Positions 26,316-39,050 are shown, counted from the stretch's first letter. The stretch is DNA of 64,000 bases from Takakia lepidozioides (GCA_030704615.1 CM060734.1:52142001-52206000), one strand, 5' to 3'. Notes: a model not told the origin generated them from the letters alone. A program made the numbers and translations.

Positions 26316-28299
26316 TTCATCCGGAGACTGCCACACAATAGGTGTGGTGTCCAATGGAGACAATTGAGGTGGTCCTGGTGCAATCCCCACACTCTCCTCC
26401 TCTCCTGACGGTACAAAAGCCTCCACCCAGGCTTGTTGCACCCGTCGATTCAGCATCCCGCTACAAATCCTTGCTCGTGCCCCACAATGGAGTCTGAGCA
26501 ACCATGGTAGGCACCTCGTCATACCATACTGTCATCCTGCTCTCCCGGAGGTGGTACATCCTCTGAATGAGCATTGCCCTCAAACAACTCTCTAGGCCAA
26601 CTCACTGCCGCTGTGAATGCTGCTAGTGTCGGCATCTTGCCTCGCTGGGCAACCGCAACTCCTCCTATGAACGTCACAGGGAGCTGCACACGCCGGCCCT
26701 CCCCTGACTGCCATGCAGGCCTATATGAAGCTGACTCCCCCAAAAATCCAGGGTGAAGCCCATGGGGTACAACACTGCCCCATCAACCAGGACATCGTAT
26801 GAGACTGCGTCTGTCACAATGGCCTTGGCTCGCATCACTGAGCCATCTGTAGGGTGATCCGGCCGTAGTCTGATAGCCAACTCATGCGTGTCATGCCCCA
26901 AGCCTGCTCCGATCCTCCCAAAGACGTCTGTATCTGGAAAGGACAAGGCTCCATATCCGCCCTCCGTGAGGCCCAAGCCTGCAATAGCAGCTCTGCCAGC
27001 ATCAATTGGCTGAGCTCCCGAGTCCAACAAGACCGCAGTGGCCGGTAACCTTCTTGCCTGCCGGTCACTCAAACAGAAAATGCCATCCTGGTTGTCTAAC
27101 ATGACAACTCCAGGTGTCACCATGGCGCGCTCAATGGCTGGCCTAGCTGGCAGCTCCATCAACCTGGCAGCTCCATCAACCTGGCAGCTGCAGCTTGCCA
27201 TGGCGCCGCCATGGCAGTCTTAACCCTCAAATCCGAGGATCCCTCCGGCACTACACCTCCTACTATCTCCGCAGAAGATGAAGTAACCTCCCCACTCTCA
27301 CAGAGTGTAGCTGCCAGCCTGAACAACTCAGCTGGTCTTACCCCCGGCGTCGCAATCATGGTAGCCGAGAACAATGGAGCCTGGCACACAGATGTGGCCG
27401 CTCCTAGCAGCACACTAGCTGCCGTAGCCTTGGCAACACTAGGTAGTGGTGCTACCCGTGTAGCTCTCCCCAATGGCATAGTAACCTCCGCCTCGGTAAC
27501 AGTCGGGCGAGAACTAGGTACCGCACACCTCGTCTCGTGTACCCACTAGTATCGCTAGTGCTCGAACCGGCACTGTCCCCAGCAACTAGTGGCACCTCCG
27601 TGTTGACACTCAACCGGTCATGAACATGTCCCTATCCCCCTCTTCACAAGGTAACCGGGTAGAGAACCTGTTGCGGCTTATGGTTTGGAATACTAAGTTC
27701 CTAACATAGCCTACACCTGTACCTGCATCCACCGCAAGCACTCCTATGGTTGGCTGGTCATCACCTCCAACCTCACCACAGAGAAACAATGATGGTCTGG
27801 CTGGTCATCACCCCAGCCTCACCATCGACAGCATGCTCTAGGACTGGCCGGTGATCAAATCCGGACCAATCACCTATAAAAACAAGCGCCCACACAAAAC
27901 TAGCATGGCGCACAGTCAGCATGCAGGTATGGAGGGGATCCAAACACAAGAAATCAGATCGACACTCCCCCACACCAAAAACAACTCCACGGTGTGCTCC
28001 TGCAAGGACACCCCAGCCCAAACCCGGACTGACTCTTGCCTCCACCTACGGAAAGGTCTTGGCCTAATGAGAGGGTGGAAACTACAAGAAGAGAAGCTAA
28101 AGCAATGCCTAATCCCAGCATGCTCTCATCCCAACACTCTGCCTCTCCTCTCTACCCTCACTTGCATGACCATGGGAATATCTTGAAGATACTCCTCAAA
28201 ACCGCCCTCCACGAGCTTCAAAATTCGGCCTTCCAGACCACATGCCAGTCCTTAGGCAGTCCACCAGTGCCTCCACGAGTCAGCACAGGCCGTCCACAG

Positions 28300-29015
28300 G
28301 TCAACACGGGCCACCACAGACCAGCACAGGCCCCACAGCTCACCGGTCACAGCCGTCACAGTCCCACAGGCCACTGGGCACAGCCTGTCGCAGCCCCTGC
28401 ACAGCCTGTCACAGCCTCAAAGGCCTCAGGCACGGCCTGTCACAGCCCCTCACAGCCCCTCACAGCCCGTCACAGCCCCAAAGGCCTCAGGCACGGCCTG
28501 TCACAGCCCCTCCATAGCCCGTCACAGCCCCAAAGGCCTCAGGCACGGCCTGTCACAGCCCGTCACAGCCCGTCACAGCCTCAAAGGCCTCAGGCACGGC
28601 CTGTCACAGCCCCTCACAGCCCGTCACAGCCCCAAAGGCCTCAGGCACGGCCTGTCACAGCCCTCACAGCCCGTCACAGCCTCAAAGGCCTCAGGCGCTG
28701 TCACAGCCCGTCACAGCCCCACAGGCCTCAGGGCACAGCCTGTCCACAGCCCGTCCACAGCCCCACAGCCTCAGGGCACAGCCTGTCACAGCCCGCACAG
28801 CCCGTCCACAGCCCAAAGGCCACTGGGCACAGCCTGTCACAGCAGTCACAGCCCAACAGGGCACAGGGCACAGCCTGTCACAGCCATCACAGCCCATCAC
28901 AGCCTCAAAGGCCTCAGGCACGGCTGTCACAGCCCGTCACCGCCCACCGTCACAGCTCGCCACAGCCTGGACACAGCCCGTCACAGCCCGTCACAGCTTG
29001 CCACAGCCTGTCCAG
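28300..29015. repeat. Minisatellite of (GT)CACAGCC(C)-based units with AAAGGCCTCAGGCACGGCCT spacers in the E2 leader
   Basis: Seen directly; a related short array in opposite orientation lies at ~12490-12600. Confidence 0.9.
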
Positions 29016-31519
29016 CCCCCACACATGGCCGCTCTGGCAGTGTAGCCATTCTCCAAGGGGTTTAGCCACGCCAAGCTAGGTTTGTGTCTCTTGGACTCTA
29101 GGCTTCTTTCCACCGAGCTATGGTGGCTGTGAGGAAATCAGCAAGGTATCCTTGCTCTTTCGGCTCCCCACACACCACCATAGTAGCCCTAAGCCATGAG
29201 GTGGTTGCCACAAAACCAAGCCTTTTTCTCACTTAGCCTCCCCAACACGCCACTAAACTCAATGGCAAACAACCAAGCCCTGCGGTTCCCAGCCCTGTGA
29301 GCACTCATTCAAGCACTCCCCTCATTGGCCATAGCATCTGTCTTAGAGCCTATTCTAGCCTCTACACCTGTTGCTTCAAGAGTTGCGCTCCCTTCAAGCT
29401 TGAAGTTGAAACCCAACACATAGGGCCCTACAAGTGCTGTTCTTTCACTCCAAGTGGAAACCAGCCCTAGACCTTCCGTTCTAGCTCTCTAAGGCTTGAA
29501 AACAAGAGCCTCAATGGGCTGAAGGCATGCTCCACACATGCCCCACTCTCACCATAGAGAATCAGCTCCTTTGCTTCATTTCTTGCACCCACAAACCTGA
29601 TAATACAAGCTTCAGTAGGCTTAAAGCATGCTCTACATGCCCTACAGGAAACCAGCCCCTTCCTTCCTTTCTTGCACTCCACACCTAAAAGTGCAAGCCT
29701 CACCAGGCTGTGATAGCATGCTCCACACATACATTGCCCTCACATAAGGGAAGTCAGCCTTCCTCTTCCTTGCTTGCCCTCCCCAAGCTTGAAGATGGAA
29801 GCTTCAATGAGCTGAATACATGCTCCACACATGAAACCTCTTCACACAAGAGATATCAGCCCCTATCTTGGCTCCTTGGCTCCTTGATGCTCTCTATGAC
29901 AAGACTAAGCACTCCATAGCCTTTGCCAAGCTCCTGAAACCCTAAGGCTTACATTTCCAGCCACAAGACACTTCTCTTGTGGTGCAAGAACTCTTCTTCC
30001 AAGCTTTGAAACCCTAGGTGCACATTCCATGGCCTTTGCCGCACCTCTTAGCTCCTGTTCCAGCCCTGCTCTTGCCATGACAAGAGCCCTCTCAATGCTG
30101 AAGCTCGAGATTGAAACCCAATCTCACCATACTCCACAAAGTGCACTGATTTGCCCAAGCAAAATCAGCCCTTTCGCCTGGTCTTGCAATCCTTCACACA
30201 ATGAAAGCTCGCATTCCCAAGTCCAGTTCTCAGCTTTGCCACCAAAGCCACTATTAACCTGCTCTTGACTGGTCCTCTTCCCAATCGTGCTTGCTCATGC
30301 ATGTACACAATCTGGAACCATCAAGGTGCTCTGGAATTACCTGCAGCATGGTGCTTTCATTCTCTGAAGCTGAACTGAAGATCGAATGCCAAGGTCTACC
30401 ACCTCGTAACCCACATCCCTCCGCTTCTAACAACTAAGAGGCTCCACGGTGCTCCTTGCATAACAACTTGGTTTCTCTCATTCTCAAGCAAAACACAAGT
30501 GCTACAACTAACTCGTATCTGGCACTCACAGATACGAGCTGATCTTTCTCGAGTGATATAAAGAAAGAAGAATACAAGACACAAGCTCATGCGAGCTCAC
30601 AAAGCTGAAGGATAAACTCATGCATATATAACCTCATCACTCAAATACAAGTCAAGCCAAGTGCCCCACGCCATGGGGAATCCACACTACGGCACATAGC
30701 TAGGCGCGGTGAGGCTCAACTCGAGAAAGATGAGCCTCCGCGCTTGCCGTGAAGATAACCACTCCAGGGCCTAAATCTGCCTTGACCCTGGATGACACTT
30801 GGGCCAATCCCAAATGTCAATATGTAAAAGATAGCTATTGGACCCTGGATGTATTGGACCCTGGATGTACACTTGGGCCACGCCCAATGTCAATAATGTA
30901 AAAGATGCTATTCCTAGCTAGTTTTCACACTAGTGGACCAATAACTTGACACATACCCTGGCACATACCAGGCTGGTAGGACTTTTAAAAGTTTGTTTAA
31001 TACCATACCAGTCAGATTTTCACTTTGATACCATATCATATATCATACAAAGCTATTAAATTTACACATCATTTAATACCAGTACCATACTGGTTTCAAT
31101 AATTCAACTATACCCCCAATACCTTTACCCTAGTGGTATCAAAAAACCATGATACCAGTCCAACACTGGTTGGAACAATGACTTGGAGATCTCCCAAATT
31201 GCAGGCTCTCTAGACCCATGGGGAATTGTACTTGGACTTAGATGACATTGGACACTGGAGGTCACACTTGGGTTTATGGGTTGAAATTACTATTCAGCTA
31301 TCTGGCAATTATTGGCATCTTCTAACATTTTGATTAATGAACTTAGCCAGGATATCATGGAGCTGGAGATTGAACCCAAGATCTCATGGCGTTGAAGCAT
31401 TAAACATAGAATCTCGTGGCCTTCAAGCATTGAACCCAGATCTCATGGAGCTTGAGAGCACTAAAGAAGTTTTGCCATGGGGCCCACCAGCTCTCAAGAG
31501 TTATGTCAAGGGCCCACCA

Positions 31520-31729
31520 AGGGTTCAAGAACCGGAACCTGTTTTTATCCCTGGGCGCCCCGGTTCTCCGGTTCTCATACCCAGCAGGAACGCCGGTTCG
31601 GTTATGCGCCGATCCCCATTGGCAGGTTCCGGTTCCGGGTCAGGTTCTGCAAGAATGGGCCCGGTTCCGGTTAACCAGAACCTGAACCGGCGATTAAACT
31701 GGGTCCCGGCGGGTAACTGCCCAACACTG
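31520..31729. mobile_element. MITE-like remnant with GGTTCC/GAACC subrepeats ending in CCCAACACTG
   Basis: Clustered ccggttc/gaaccgg motifs. The terminus is the reverse complement of cagtgttggg at 7597. Confidence 0.4.
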
Positions 31730-34700
31730 AAATTTACCCTCATACCAAGTGGCACATTGAGCCTTTCACATATGCCAGAGGGTCAAGGCTCTGAGAGCAA
31801 CCCACACCGGGCAAGCACTCCATCTTTGGCCTTCATGGAGATTCATGAGGTGAAGAGAGAGAGAGCCAGCATCAACCTGGCACCCCGCAAGATCTGACGA
31901 GAAATCATCTAACTTGTGAACAAACAACATAGGCAAAACAACTACAGTAGAAAATACTATGTTCCATAGTTTCCATCAACCTAAGAGACTCGCATAATTT
32001 GCAAAGCAAAGGAGGATCAGACCCAAAGTGGGGTGAAGAGACATTATAATTTATGTTCGTCTCTAAGTTAGAGCCAACTTTTTTTTAACAATTTTTTAAA
32101 ACCTTTCTTCAGATTTCCTAGAGTTTTTGAATTAAATACGGTCTTACATACAGAAGGTGCATAGTTGTTGTACTCTGAACCATGCGCTTGCTCTGGCCCA
32201 GTTTTACAGCCTAAACTGTTTTTGTTTTTTTTTTTTAAATAAAAGGGGGTAATAGCCCTTTGACAAAGAAATAACCATGATAGAAGGCCACAACCGTGGT
32301 GTTGGATCTCCAAAAAGAAGGACCCATTCTTTGCCCTCACTGTAAATTGGGGTTATTCCTTGTTTTCTCCCTCTAGCCTCCTTCTTCGCAAATGGAGTAG
32401 ATATGAAAGGGAGGAACCCGATCCACTTGCCTGGGGACACCGCTTTCAATTGGGAAAATCGACACATTAACGTCCGTAAGCAGGACAAATGTGGCTTCCC
32501 AACCCCCTCCCAAGGACTTGAAAGTCTGTAGATACCCACACATTAAATAACCGGTTGACCCATTCCATCTTTCCTTCCTTCCTCTGCACAATTCCATAGT
32601 GCACAATGTTAAATTTGACAATGGGGATTGAGTGTTGAAGAATAGACGAGGATTGTACTCACATTGAGCTAACTGCAAACGTTGGAGAGCATGTGAGTAT
32701 GCTACAAGCCTTCAATGAAGTGGAGCACCCCTACTCAAACCATTACGATTAGATAATACAATAATCCCATCTTTGTTACCTCCATAGTATCTAGAAAATG
32801 CCGATTCTCAAGATCTACTCAATCGGACTAGGGATACTCATGGCCACTTTAGACTATGGACAAAGACCAAGACGAACTCAAAATGCGAGGATTCTATTGG
32901 TCAAGTGCATTTTCTTGGTCATAGTGGCTTTACATGGGGATTGGTAGGGCATGAGTGGGATCCACGGTTATGGGGGTGATATGTATGCCAACATAAATAC
33001 ATATAATAGACGGACATATCGTCTTTCTGTGTTAGTAGGGTCTACATGGTGTCTAAATATAATCTTAAACATATAGAAGGAGCTTGAAAGGGAGAAACCT
33101 TTAAAAAACAAAGAAAAAAACAAAACAAACACCAATTTTGCCATGAAACCCTAGTTTCGTTGGAAAAAACCCAAGATGCTTTGTATTTCGCTAGCGAAAT
33201 CCATTTTTTGGGTGGTTCTAGGGGATGTTCTACATACAATGTTTTTAGCAAATGTCACATGGTTTATGTTCCCTGTCCTTTGAGTTCTGGCAGATATATT
33301 TGTGGGTCTTTGTGCTCACGTGAGTTAAGCTTTGACGATTAATTTCATAAGTTTTGTCGGTGAGCACGGTTTTACAGATAATTTCGTATTTTCTTTTCGC
33401 ATGGGCACATTTTGGTTTCGCTATCATATATTCTTTGGATTCTTGGGGAATATACAGAATATGCCTATGTGCTCGTGTGAGTCTGCTCACATTGACGTAA
33501 GCCTACTCACATGCTACCCAACCTTGCCTTACACTATGGACCAAGACCAATAAAGGTAGGAATGACATGGCGTCTAAGCGGTGTTGATTATGGCGGGAGA
33601 TCATTGGTCTAGGGACGAAGAAAAGAACCCATGTAGTTTGGAGGACCAATTCTTGGACCCGAGACATGGAAACATTAAACTATAATTTACTCCCTGACCA
33701 TCGTTAGAATCTTTAAAAAATAAAAAAAAAAAGGGGACAGATCAGCATGTTACTCAAATTAATTAAAGGACAGGAAAAATAAGCCGTTACAAATAAGCCG
33801 TGAAGCTAATTAAGGGGATACCACCCCGAGACCAACAAATTAAGGAATGAGAGATAGAGCCAGCCTAGTGCAATTGGGGGCAGCTATCGTGTGAGCATAA
33901 CTCGTGAGCATATTCCCTTACGCGTGAGCAGAGTGAAAACGTGAGCAGATTAGTGATGCGGATGGTCGTGGCAATACGTATCGCTACACAACTACATCGC
34001 TGTCCAAACCACACCACACATATATGCACAATAAAGTAGTCTGCCACAATGATAAACAAGCTAAAAGGGCACACACTTTCAACACAAGAAATATGAAATC
34101 CATCGCTATCACTCTTTAAAATAGAAGTCGAGCCAGGGGCACCCCAAGCTATGGGGACTCCACCCCACAACAACCTACACTCCCATCATAAGCACACTCA
34201 GATCTAAACGCATGAAGGAGCTCGGTCGCGCAGGCTCAACTCGAGAGAGATGAGCTGCGCGACTGCCGCTCTCGTGAAGATAAGACGGTTCAGGTGTCAA
34301 ACTAAACTTGACACCTGACTTAACACTTGACCTAACCAAGTGTTAAATACAAATAACTAGCTTTATTCTAGTTGTTTTCACACTGTGCTTATTTAACTTG
34401 ACAGCTGTCGTGCGCATACGTATCGCTACACAACTACATCGCTGTCCAAACCACACCACACATATATGCACAATAAAGTAGTCTGCCACAATCGCCCCCC
34501 CTAGCTGGTGGATAGGTCCCTCTAACTCCAGATAGCTACAAGATGTAATAGCCACAGCCGTACTAAGTCCTCTATCACTCTCTGCCCCTATTGTACTCAA
34601 ACTCTATAGACCAAGAGGCCGGGTACAAGAGTAGCCCCATCGTTAGTCGCCGTCTTGCAATCTGTGAACTTGAGCCAGGACCTCGTGTGTTCAAGGTCTC

Positions 34701-34755
34701 CTAGTAGCTGGGCCTTGCGTTTCTTGTTAGCCTTCCATGGTTGTATCCACTCCCA

Positions 34756-35280
34756 CTATCCAATGCAATGTGGACATAACCAATCCCCATCCGGAACCAT
34801 CTCAAGAGGTGGAGTCAAGCATCCCATATGCCAACCTCTAGAGCATCGATCACACACCAGCATGGTGGCTGCCCCTCTAGCAGACCCACACAACATGCAC
34901 CTCAAACCTGCAGATACCACTGCCAGGTTTGGGTCAATCCTGCCATCGACATTCGGAAGGTGACATGGCGCACAATTACGCACATGGTCCTTCCAAGTTA
35001 TGCCATCCCGACCCTCCAAGACCAAGACGCCTGAGGGCAAGACCTCTCGAACCCTCAAAATAACACGTCCTGCAGTCACATCCAAGGTCGTAGGAGCAGT
35101 CTGCTGCAGATAGACATAGTCACCAGGGTTGAATCTCCGAACCCCAGGACGATAGCCCCCACCACGTATGGTAGCATACCTCAACGTATCACGGTGTTGT
35201 GCAATGGCAAGGTTCTCGAAAGCCATGGGCATGACTCTCTTGAACAACTCTGCACGCTGCTCACATGCACGTGCCCACAC
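34756..35280 (-). CDS. E3 integrase C-terminus with an intact PHD finger
   Basis: FNPGDYVYL (GPY/F-like module), then CMLC..CDRCSRGWHMGCLTPPLEMVPDGDWLCPHC (C4HC3), then stop. Confidence 0.9.
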   Translation of the reverse strand: MWARACEQRAELFKRVMPMAFENLAIAQHRDTLRYATIRGGGYRPGVRRFNPGDYVYLQQTAPTTLDVTAGRVILRVREVLPSGVLVLEGRDGITWKDHVRNCAPCHLPNVDGRIDPNLAVVSAGLRCMLCGSARGAATMLVCDRCSRGWHMGCLTPPLEMVPDGDWLCPHCIG

Positions 35281-37700
35281 GTCCGGATCGTCAAGGTTAA
35301 GAACTGTAGCAGCCTAAGCACACAATCCAAGAATGCATACGCAGCTCCCCCTAAGCACACAATCCAAGAATGCATACGCAGCTCCCCTCACTAGCCGTAT
35401 CAGGCAAAATGGAAACCAATGAATCCACTTGGAGGAGTGATCCACCATCACCAACACGTACTTGTGTGGATGGTGACATGGTAGTGGGAGAGTGGCAACG
35501 GCCCTGCGATGTCAAGACCAACCTGTAGCCCAATCCCATGATCGGAAAGAGGTGTGCAAATGGTGGAGTAGGGGCGTTGAATGAAGCACCGCACCCGGTC
35601 ACACACCATGCACCTAGCCACAAATTGTTGCACATCTGTGTTGCATACCACGCCACCAAATACTGCCCTGCAATAACTATGAGTGCGTCGCACCCCAAAA
35701 TGCCCCAAACTCCTCATGGGCATGCCGCGCACTAACTCGTGCCCGCGATTTGTTTGTGTTGGGTGAGGCACAATCCTCACTCGACCATCTCCCACACTCG
35801 GAAGCAGGTGTGTCCCCTCCACTTGAAACCCTCTTGGCTCGTTGTAGGATCCGACCTCTCCTGGCAGTCCACAGTGGCTTGCCCTGCAGTTCTCCATTGA
35901 AGAGGTAGTCCACACAACTGAATCCTCATGTATATCTTGGCCGCCACCTTGCATCATTGCTGGCCTCAGGGTGGTCCTCAGACACGTTGATCTACAGTCA
36001 TCCCGTTGCAGGTCCAACCTGGGCCTTTCCGCTGGACAAGAATCACAGAAATGCAGATGCACGCCATCCGGGCACCATTTTCATCCGTCTCACCATGCCA
36101 CCGAGCTCCAGTGTCATCTTGCTGGCTCGTGCATGGAGCGACTCAACCCATCTGCATTGCAATTAACCAAACCCGGTCGATGCAAACACCTGAAAGTCAT
36201 ACTCTGAAGGATGAGTGCCCACCGTGCAAGCTTCCCCGTAAGCTTGTCTGACTCCATCAACCACTGAGTGGTTGGTGATCAGTGTGACAAGGGTGAAGAG
36301 ATTGCCGTATAGATAGCACCTGAAGTGTGCCACGGCCCACACTGCAGGCTAAGCATTTCCATATATGAGATACGTAGAATCAGCAGCATGGTCGAGCGGT
36401 AGCGTAAGCCACTACGAACTCTCTTCCTATCATTCCACCTGTGGGAGCACGCTCCATCTGTATGCTAGCTGAAAAAGGACGCCCCAATAGGTCGTCTCAA
36501 GATGGACACAGGAGCGAGTCGAGACCTCCAACTGAGGGTAGCGAGCCCCGTAGCGCAAAAGCTTGCTTCATTCAGCTCAGGTACTACGGACAACGTCACC
36601 CTGGACGATGCCTAAACAACCGGTTGGGACTACCATGGCTATGACGGTACAGCCACCCTTGGTCCGACCAGTTTAGTAGTTATGAGTAGCCTGTTAGGAA
36701 CCTATGTATTGCACTGACGGAGATAATCCATTACATACCGACAAATTGTAAAAAGTAGCCTGCAGAGGGTAAGCAACAAAAAGATGTGCACCACAAGCAG
36801 GCCTCAGGAGGCAGACTCGAACTCAGCTCACATCGCTTGGCACATACGCGCAGTGCGTCGAATACGCAAAAAGTAGAAGCCTGTTGCCCCAAGGCACTCT
36901 ATCCTTAGTCTGCGAATGGAATCCCGCAATCCTCCAGGATATATCATGTGATCCAGATACTCAATCTGGTTGTGGAAAAAAAACTTGCACTTTCCCGGAT
37001 GTAACTTCAATCCGTTCGTCCTCAAGCGCTCAAATACCCCCTGAAGGTGTCTTCTTATGTTCCTCCACCGTAGCACTAAAGAATGATTGGATGTCATCTA
37101 TGTAGCACCGAGCAAATTCTCCACCCCTGCTAGAATCCTATCAATGACTCTTTGAAACTCAGCGGGAGCATTTTTAAGCCCAAATGTAAGGAACCGCCAC
37201 TGGTATAGGCAAATCCCTTCCCGTGCTCATTGATCCCAGAATGCCGTCTTTTGCTTATCCGCCTCCTTGATCGGCAACTGGTGATATCCGGATCATAAAT
37301 TCCAACGTGCTAAAGACCTGGAATGCCTATGGCATCAAAGATCTCCTCTGGTGTCGGCATGGCATACTATCGGACTGGTCTGACGATTTAACAGGCGGTA
37401 ATCACCGCACATACGTCTCTCCGTCCAATTGCCATAGACATCCTTCTTGGCTGGCATCACTGTGGCTGAAGCATACTCTCCACCAGAGAGCTCACCAAAC
37501 CTGCCTCCCAGAGATCTTGAGTCTTCATCTGAATCAAAGACCTCTCCATGTCACTGTATCTATAGGGTCTCCGAAAGATTGGCGTGTCAGTGGGCCAACT
37601 CAATACGGATCTCTTGACTCTTCAGTGCTCCCAAGTCCTTGCAAACTGAAGGCAAAGCAATTCTTTGTAAGCCCTCAGGAACCGCCGTATACGTCGTTTT
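35281..37700 (-). pseudogene. E3 RT-RNase H-integrase core (very indel-rich, partly scrambled)
   Basis: Colinear with E2 ~22500-24960; LKLHPGKCKFF and HAHEEF..GHFGVRRTH remnants. Confidence 0.75.
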
Positions 37701-38109
37701 CTCTCCTCCGGTTACAATGGGTCCAATGTCAGGCTCCCAATTGTCCTCCGTACTGCAACCTTAAGTCCAGTGGCTTAGAGGTAGAGGACGCGTCCCGTGG
37801 TTGCTATGGCTGCAACCTCTTGAGCATACTCCCTGCCTGCTCAGTCAATGACAAGAACCTCATCCTGCCCCATCATCTTATCATTGAGGACCTCCTCAAC
37901 CCGAGAAGAATCCCCAACCTCATCTATCACAGCCGCCTTGGCTGCCAACTCCCTCTGAACCTCGAGCACCTCCCACGTGTGCCATGGATGCATGCACCTC
38001 GTGGTCCTCACATTCTCGCCCCACTCACTCTCCCTGTAACCGTCTCGGTAGGCAGAGAGACCGTCAAGGGAAGTGCACTCCGCACTCTACGTTGCTCAGG
38101 CATAGCCAA

Positions 38110-39050
38110 GCTGATAATCCAGGTCAAGCAATTGAGATCCATTGCTTGCCCCAACACTTGACGACGTGATGCCTCAGAAAGAGAAGGCACCGCCGTGGTC
38201 CCAGTGGAAAACTCCATAGCCCATTCTCGTTCGTCGGCATTAGGCTCCACTATCTGTTGCAACTGGCTATCCCACAAGAGGCCAGGTCCACCATCCCGAA
38301 AAGCATGGGATCCTGGGAAGCTGAGCAGTGTAGGTAATGCTGCTCGTGGTTGACCCACCCTGTTGACCATGCCAAAGGCGAATGGTCTCGTGTCTCACAC
38401 GTTGAGACTGCCTCCCTGTGTCCAAAATGCCATCCACGGTGAGGTGTGTTGGCCGCTGCACCCCATCAAATGCACAGTAGTGCGGGTGGCATCAGTTAGG
38501 TCCCCAAAGCCGTGGACGATGAGCCCGTGACCCCCACTGCAGCTGCATCCAGCAACACTGCTGACCCAAGCCACGACCGGACTTGATGCACACTGGCCAT
38601 CACCCTGGCCCGAGAATCGCCCATCAGTGGCACATTCTCCATGATGTATGCTGGCGATACAGCTTGATGAAGCTGCAAGTGGTGCAAAATCCGCACCATC
38701 TCCCAAAACAGACCCGTCCTCGAGTCTCGCAATTCATTGCCATGCCCGGCTGATGAATGCCCTTGGCAGGGCCAACCTGCCACTACCAGATCAATGGAGC
38801 CAACCTGCTCCAAATCCGGCGCCCCCAGCAACGAAATGTCTGCTGGCAAGGCTTGTTAGTATCCACGAACTGCAGCCACTGGCAACAAAGCAGGGTACTG
38901 TTGTACCAACTGAGCAACATGGCGCAGTGAGACGCGTCGTGCAGTCCCATCCCTCTCCACATACAGGTAACACCTTACCCGCACACCTGCCTGTAGCATA
39001 GCAGCCAATCCGGTGCTGATCCCGCCAAACAAGTCCAGAAGGTAAATGCC
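38110..39050 (-). pseudogene. E3 DNMT3-like methyltransferase domain, in frame with the protease (one in-frame TAA, later frameshifts)
   Basis: ORF 38856-40331 runs from protease LLDSGAEP directly into LLDLFGGISTG..YLYVERD. The same frame continues to DLVVAGWPCQGHS and YIMENV; later PNADEREWAMEF and RRQVLGQAMD. Confidence 0.9.

Larger units (their letters stand above)
21001..30951 (-). mobile_element. E2: DNMT/PHD-bearing Gypsy-type retroelement with split terminal repeats; gag largely deleted
   Basis: Plus-strand layout: B' 21001-21165, A' 21166-21474, gc, B 21477-21668, PPT 21669-21681, internal region, PBS 30542-30553, A 30554-30951. Flanks caga/cata (3/4 TSD). Heavily frameshifted PR-MTase-RT-RH-IN-PHD. 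Confidence 0.88.

Noticed and set aside
28300-29015. CRISPR-like array
   Set aside because: No unique spacers and no cas genes; this is a eukaryotic minisatellite.
28036-29079. 347-aa Pro/Ser/Gln-rich ORF
   Set aside because: It is a translation of the minisatellite, antisense to the element.
31337-31897. 186-aa ORF
   Set aside because: It runs through MITE-like GGTTCC repeats and has no protein motifs.
37307-38161. 284-aa plus-strand ORF and similar antisense ORFs over E1-E3
   Set aside because: These are shadow frames opposite pol with no recognisable domains.
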